Source of the DNA: an uncultured Ottowia sp.
GTDB taxonomy: Bacteria; Pseudomonadota; Gammaproteobacteria; Burkholderiales; Burkholderiaceae_C
Assembly: GCA_964527755.1 (NCBI GenBank)
Contig: CAZGOL010000002.1
Location: forward strand, 1 to 42,272
Direction of reading: 5' to 3'
Length of the DNA: 42,272 nucleotides
Shown here: piece by piece, positions 38,102-42,272 of the stretch
How positions within the stretch are numbered: the stretch's first letter is position 1
How the letters are laid out: each line of letters starts with the position of its first letter
The notes under the pieces: generated by a model
What the model saw: the letters and a program-made list of their open reading frames with translations, nothing else
What the model was told of the DNA's origin: nothing
Databases searched by the model: none
Made by a program: the position numbers and the translations under genes

Positions 38102-39241
38102 ATGACCCCCGCCAGCACCAGCCCATCCACGTCGAGCGCCTGGGACAACCCCATGGGCACCGACGGCTTCGAGTTCATCGAATACGCCGCACCCGATCCC
38201 AAGGCCATGGGCGAGCTGTTCGAGCGCATGGGCTTCGTGGCGGTCGCCAGGCACCGCCACAAGAACGTGACGCTGTATCGCCAGGGCGAGATCAACTTCA
38301 TCATCAACGCCGAACCCGACAGCTTCGCGCAGCGCTTTGCGCGCCTGCACGGGCCCAGCATCTGCGCCATCGCGTTTCGCGTGCAGGATGCCAAGGCCGC
38401 CTACGAGCGCGCCATCCGCCTGGGGGCCTGGGGTTACGCCGGCCAGGCCGGGCCGGGCGAGCTGAACATTCCCGCCATCAAGGGCATCGGCGACTCGATC
38501 ATCTACCTGATCGACCGCTGGCGCGGCAAGAACGGGGCCAAGCAGGGCGACATCGGCAACATCGGCTTCTACGACGTCGACTTCTATCCGCTGCCCGGCA
38601 TCGAGGGAGCCGCTGCGGTCAACCCCGAAGGCTTCGGCATGACGGTGATCGACCACCTGACGCACAACGTGCACAAGGGGCGCATGGACGAGTGGGCCAG
38701 TTTCTACGAGCGCCTGTTCAACTTCCGCGAGGTGCGCTACTTCGACATCGAGGGCCAGGCCACCGGCGTCAAGAGCAAGGCCATGACCAGCCCCTGCGGC
38801 AAGATCCGCATCCCGATCAACGAGGAAGGCAACGACCAGAAGGGCCAGATCCAGGAGTACCTGGACATGTACAAGGGCGAGGGCGTGCAGCACGTGGCGA
38901 TGGCCAGCAAGAACATCTACCACACCGTCGATGCGCTGCAGATGGCGGGCATCAAGCTGCTGAACACCAGCGAAACCTACTATGAACTGCTGCCCAAGCG
39001 CATCCCCGACCTGAAGGAGCCGCTCGGCGAACTGCAGTCGCGCAACATCCTGGTCGATGGCGGCAACAACAATCTGCTGCTGCAGATTTTCAGCGAGAAC
39101 CAGCTCGGCCCGATCTTCTTCGAATTCATCGAGCGCAAGGGCAACGAGGGCTTCGGCGAGGGCAACTTCAAGGCGCTGTTCGAGACCATGGAGCTCGACC
39201 AGATGCGCCGCGGCGTGCTGCAGGCCAAGGCACCCGCCTGA
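38102..39241 (+). CDS. hppD: 4-hydroxyphenylpyruvate dioxygenase
   Basis: NPMGTDGFEFIE, IDHLTHNV, GEGVQH, FFEFI, GFGEGNFKALF; GAAGGAG RBS. Confidence 0.97.
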   Translation: MTPASTSPSTSSAWDNPMGTDGFEFIEYAAPDPKAMGELFERMGFVAVARHRHKNVTLYRQGEINFIINAEPDSFAQRFARLHGPSICAIAFRVQDAKAAYERAIRLGAWGYAGQAGPGELNIPAIKGIGDSIIYLIDRWRGKNGAKQGDIGNIGFYDVDFYPLPGIEGAAAVNPEGFGMTVIDHLTHNVHKGRMDEWASFYERLFNFREVRYFDIEGQATGVKSKAMTSPCGKIRIPINEEGNDQKGQIQEYLDMYKGEGVQHVAMASKNIYHTVDALQMAGIKLLNTSETYYELLPKRIPDLKEPLGELQSRNILVDGGNNNLLLQIFSENQLGPIFFEFIERKGNEGFGEGNFKALFETMELDQMRRGVLQAKAPA

Positions 39242-39276
39242 TGCGGGCGCGGCAGGCGATGCGCTAAGCTGCCGGC

Positions 39277-39612
39277 ATGCGCCTCGTCCTCAAATGGCTG
39301 CTCTCGGCGGCCGCGCTGCTGCTGATCGCCTACCTGTACGGCGGCGTGACCGTGGCGGGTTTCGGCTCGGCGCTGCTGGCGGCGCTGGTGATCGGCCTGC
39401 TCAACACGCTGGTGCGCCCGGTGCTGGTGGTGCTGACGATCCCGATCACGCTGCTCACGCTGGGCCTGTTCTTGTTCGTGATCAACGCGCTGATGTTCTG
39501 GGCCGCCTCGGGCCTGCTGTCGGGCTTTCACGTGGCTGGCTTCGGCGCCGCGTTGATCGGCTCGCTGCTGTATTCGCTGCTGGGGATCCTGATCGACCGC
39601 GTGGTGGCTTGA
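39277..39612 (+). CDS. YvlD/DUF360-like 4-TM membrane protein ('phage holin family')
   Basis: GLLNTLVRPVL..LTIPITLLTLGLF.FVINA. Confidence 0.85.
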   Translation: MRLVLKWLLSAAALLLIAYLYGGVTVAGFGSALLAALVIGLLNTLVRPVLVVLTIPITLLTLGLFLFVINALMFWAASGLLSGFHVAGFGAALIGSLLYSLLGILIDRVVA

Positions 39613-39640
39613 GCCGCGGCTCGCCGGTGGCGCGCCATTC

Positions 39641-39703
39641 ACTTTGTTTTTGATAGCTGACTTGGCAGGCCATTCAAGGGGAAAGGCCCGATTTGCCTTC
39701 AGT
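39641..39703 (-). repeat. ~64 bp intergenic palindromic repeat, copy 4
   Basis: Reverse complement GAAGGCAAATCGGGCC...CCTT-GAATGG-CCTGCC-N7-CTATCAAAA, between convergent genes. Confidence 0.6.
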
Positions 39704-41290
39704 TCAGCGGCGTTTGATCTCGTCCTGTCGCTGCTGGCGCAACGCGGCCTGCGCCTGGCCCAGCCGGCTGTCCACGATGCTGGCTTCGATCAGCGAGTCG
39801 GGACTGCCCGGGTTCTGGCGGGCGAAGTCCTGAGCGGCGCGCCAGCGGTCGACCGCTGCCACGTAGTCCATGTTCACCATCTGGGCTTCGCCCTCGGCGC
39901 GCAACGCGCGCAGCGTCTGACCCAGCGCGCCCTCGGCCTGCGCCAGCGCCTGCCAGGCGCCGGCGTCGCGCGGGTGGTCGCTCACCCAGGTGCGCAGCCT
40001 CGACGCCGCCTCGCCCGCTTGCCCGGTGCGCGTGAGCGCCTGCGCGCGCAGCAGCAGCGCGGCACGCCCGTGCTGGCCCTGCGCATCGGCCGCGGCGGCG
40101 CGCGCCTCGGTGGGCAGCAGCGCCAGGGCGCGTTCGGGCTGACCGGCCGCCAGGCTCAACTCGGCCTGCAGCAGACGCGCCTGGCGCAGCGCATTCGGAT
40201 CGCCGCCCAGCAGGTTTGCCAGTTGCGCGGCCAGCGCCAGCGCGCGCGGCAGATCGCGCAGCTCGGCCTGTGCCAGCGCGGCCGCGTACAGCACCCCGGC
40301 GCGGCGCGCCAGCGGCAGGGTGGCGAAACCGGGTTGTGCCGGCTCGTCCGCCCAGGCGCGCAGCACGTCCACTCCCGGGCGCCCGAGAACGCGCGCGCGG
40401 GCGGCCACCAGCGACGCCTCCAGGTCGACGGGCTGCGCCGGGCCTCCCGCCAGGTCGTGCTGGCGCTGCTGCATGTCGGCGATCCGCTGCGTGGTCAGCG
40501 GGTGGCTGCGCAGGTAGGGCCAGTCGCCGTTGTCGTTGATGCGGTTGGCCGCCTGCAGCTTTTCGAACATGCCGACGAAGCCCTGCGGCGCGAAGCCCGC
40601 CTGCGTCATCACCGCGTAACCGACGCGGTCGGCCTCGCGCTCCATGTCGCGCGAGAAGTTCAGCTGCTGCTGCAGCAGCGCCGCCTGCCCACCGATGGCC
40701 ACCGCCGCGCCGGCCTGCGGGTTCTTGCTGGCGGCGATCATGCCCAGCACCATGGTCGCCACCAGCAGCGGCGTTTGCCGGCTTTGCTGACCCAACAGGC
40801 GCGCGATGTGCCGCTGCGTGATGTGGCTCATCTCGTGCGCCAGGACGGCAGCCAGTTCGGCGCGCGACGTGACCACCCCCACCAGCCCCAGGTTCACCCC
40901 CAGATAACCGCCGGGCAGCGAGAACGCGTTGATGGTGCGGTCGCGACCGAGCAACACCTGCCAGGCAAAGCGCTCGTCGAGCTCGGCCGACAGCTCGCCG
41001 CGCGCGCGCGCGGCCGCCAGCAGCCGGCGCCAGATGCCGTCCACGTATTCGCCCACGATCGCATCGTCGATGTAGTCGGGGTCGCGGTACAGCTCCCGGA
41101 TGATGGTGTCGCCCAGCTTGCGCTCTTCCAGCGTCGTCATCTCGCCCGCGTCGCCCAGCGAGGGCAGCCCGCGCGCGGGCGGCGCGTCCTGTGCCGGCGC
41201 GGGCGTGCTCGCCAGGCCCAGCAGCCCCAGGAGCACGGGCAGCGCGGCGTGCCGGATGGCGCGCAGCGGGCGGAGGGCGGGCCAGGTCAT
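39704..41290 (-). CDS. M48 family metalloprotease with TPR repeats (BepA/YfgC-like)
   Basis: LPSLGD, INAFSLPGG, LAHEMSHITQRH, FSRDMEREADRVG, YLRSHP; start uncertain. Confidence 0.9.
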   Translation of the reverse strand: MTWPALRPLRAIRHAALPVLLGLLGLASTPAPAQDAPPARGLPSLGDAGEMTTLEERKLGDTIIRELYRDPDYIDDAIVGEYVDGIWRRLLAAARARGELSAELDERFAWQVLLGRDRTINAFSLPGGYLGVNLGLVGVVTSRAELAAVLAHEMSHITQRHIARLLGQQSRQTPLLVATMVLGMIAASKNPQAGAAVAIGGQAALLQQQLNFSRDMEREADRVGYAVMTQAGFAPQGFVGMFEKLQAANRINDNGDWPYLRSHPLTTQRIADMQQRQHDLAGGPAQPVDLEASLVAARARVLGRPGVDVLRAWADEPAQPGFATLPLARRAGVLYAAALAQAELRDLPRALALAAQLANLLGGDPNALRQARLLQAELSLAAGQPERALALLPTEARAAAADAQGQHGRAALLLRAQALTRTGQAGEAASRLRTWVSDHPRDAGAWQALAQAEGALGQTLRALRAEGEAQMVNMDYVAAVDRWRAAQDFARQNPGSPDSLIEASIVDSRLGQAQAALRQQRQDEIKRR

Positions 41291-41391
41291 GGTGGTGCGG
41301 CGTGCGGGGCGCGCCATGGCGCCAGTGGCGGGTGCCCCTATGATGCCCAAATCACCATCACGTTCAATGTGCCCAGCGTGGGCTGCCCGAC

Positions 41392-41892
41392 ATGTCAGCT
41401 TCTTCCCTCACCCATTTCGACGCCCAGGGCCAGGCCCACATGGTGGACGTCGGCGCCAAGCCCGCCACGCACCGAGTCGCGGTGGCTGGCGGGCGCATCG
41501 AGATGCAGCCGGCCACGTTGGCGCTGATCGAGGCGGGCAGCGCCAGCAAGGGCGACGTGCTCGGCGTCGCTCGGGTTGCGGGCATCATGGCGGCCAAGAA
41601 GACGAGCGAGCTGATCCCCCTGTGCCATCCGCTGGCGCTGTCGCGGGTAGCTATCGATTTCGAAGCTGCTTCGGCGGATCAGGCGGGCATTGCAAGTGTT
41701 TTTTGCCATGCAACGGTGGAAGTCACTGGCCCGACCGGAGTCGAAATGGAGGCGCTCACGGCGGTGCAGGTGGCGTTGCTGACCATCTACGACATGTGCA
41801 AGGCGGTGGACCGGGGCATGACCATCACGGGCGTGCGCCTGCTGGAAAAGCGCGGCGGCAAGTCGGGCCACTTCGTGGCGCCGGGCCGCTAG
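41392..41892 (+). CDS. moaC: Cyclic pyranopterin monophosphate synthase
   Basis: [43 protein letters not shown]. Confidence 0.97.
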   Translation: MSASSLTHFDAQGQAHMVDVGAKPATHRVAVAGGRIEMQPATLALIEAGSASKGDVLGVARVAGIMAAKKTSELIPLCHPLALSRVAIDFEAASADQAGIASVFCHATVEVTGPTGVEMEALTAVQVALLTIYDMCKAVDRGMTITGVRLLEKRGGKSGHFVAPGR

Positions 41893-42120
41893 AGTCCGCC
41901 GCCCCGGTCGCGCCCGACCGGGGCTGCACGCCAGCCGACCGTCATCATCGTGGCGATGGCGGATGCGTCGAAGCCACCCGTGACCCCCAGATCGAGAGCG
42001 CACGCCGGGCGCATCGCTCGGTTTGTGCATTATTTTGGGATTTATATTGCAATTCGCTACACTTAAGTAGTGATCCGGCGATAATCCGAGCGCAACCAGA
42101 CTCGTGCAGGAGGAGTGATC

Positions 42121-42272
42121 ATGCCGGCCATCGACCATCGCGCGCGCCACCGCGGCCTGGGCTCCAGATTGCGCTGCGCGATGGCCGTTGCGTGCGTGGC
42201 CTTGCCCTTTGGGGCCGCCGCCCAGTTCCAGCCGCTGACCGACATCGTGCCGTACGACGTACCGCTCGGGCC
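42121..42272 (+). CDS. 5' fragment of a probably secreted protein (runs off window)
   Basis: GGAGGAG RBS, ATG 42121, basic N-region, hydrophobic stretch and AAA-Q signal-peptide-like end; AT-rich upstream region. Confidence 0.55.
   Translation, partial: MPAIDHRARHRGLGSRLRCAMAVACVALPFGAAAQFQPLTDIVPYDVPLG

Noticed and set aside
39277-39612. 'Holin' gene as evidence of a prophage
   Set aside because: YvlD-type membrane proteins are common chromosomal genes; no phage genes nearby
1-42272. CRISPR array, tRNA, rRNA, riboswitch
   Set aside because: No regularly spaced repeats or recognisable RNA gene signatures; intergenic spaces are short

Overview
GC-rich betaproteobacterial chromosome segment; gene order and intergenic repeats suggest Comamonadaceae. 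The backbone has a branched-chain amino acid/acyl-CoA cluster (liuR, PaaI thioesterase, ivd, can, aceK, thiolase, SDR, acyl-CoA dehydrogenase, ychJ), a tetR-aidB-like pair, the corC-lnt-fabA-fabB-glyQ-glyS-gmhB-plsC-ygjP run, lrp/hppD, bepA and moaC. The main item of interest is a ~14 kb, 12-gene module (2662-16593) between the thiolase and SDR genes. It encodes a complete partner-switching triad (STAS protein, RsbW-type kinase, membrane HAMP-PP2C phosphatase) with no sigma factor. It also encodes two NCS2-fold permeases that each end in a degenerate RsbW-like domain, a beta-carbonic anhydrase, an orphan Tat-exported binding protein, a GNAT, a divergent alanine-racemase-family enzyme, and an MFS transporter whose two N-terminal periplasmic domains recur as two stand-alone genes. 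No rRNA, tRNA, CRISPR array, integrase or transposase was seen. All family calls come from motif recognition by eye; no searches were run.
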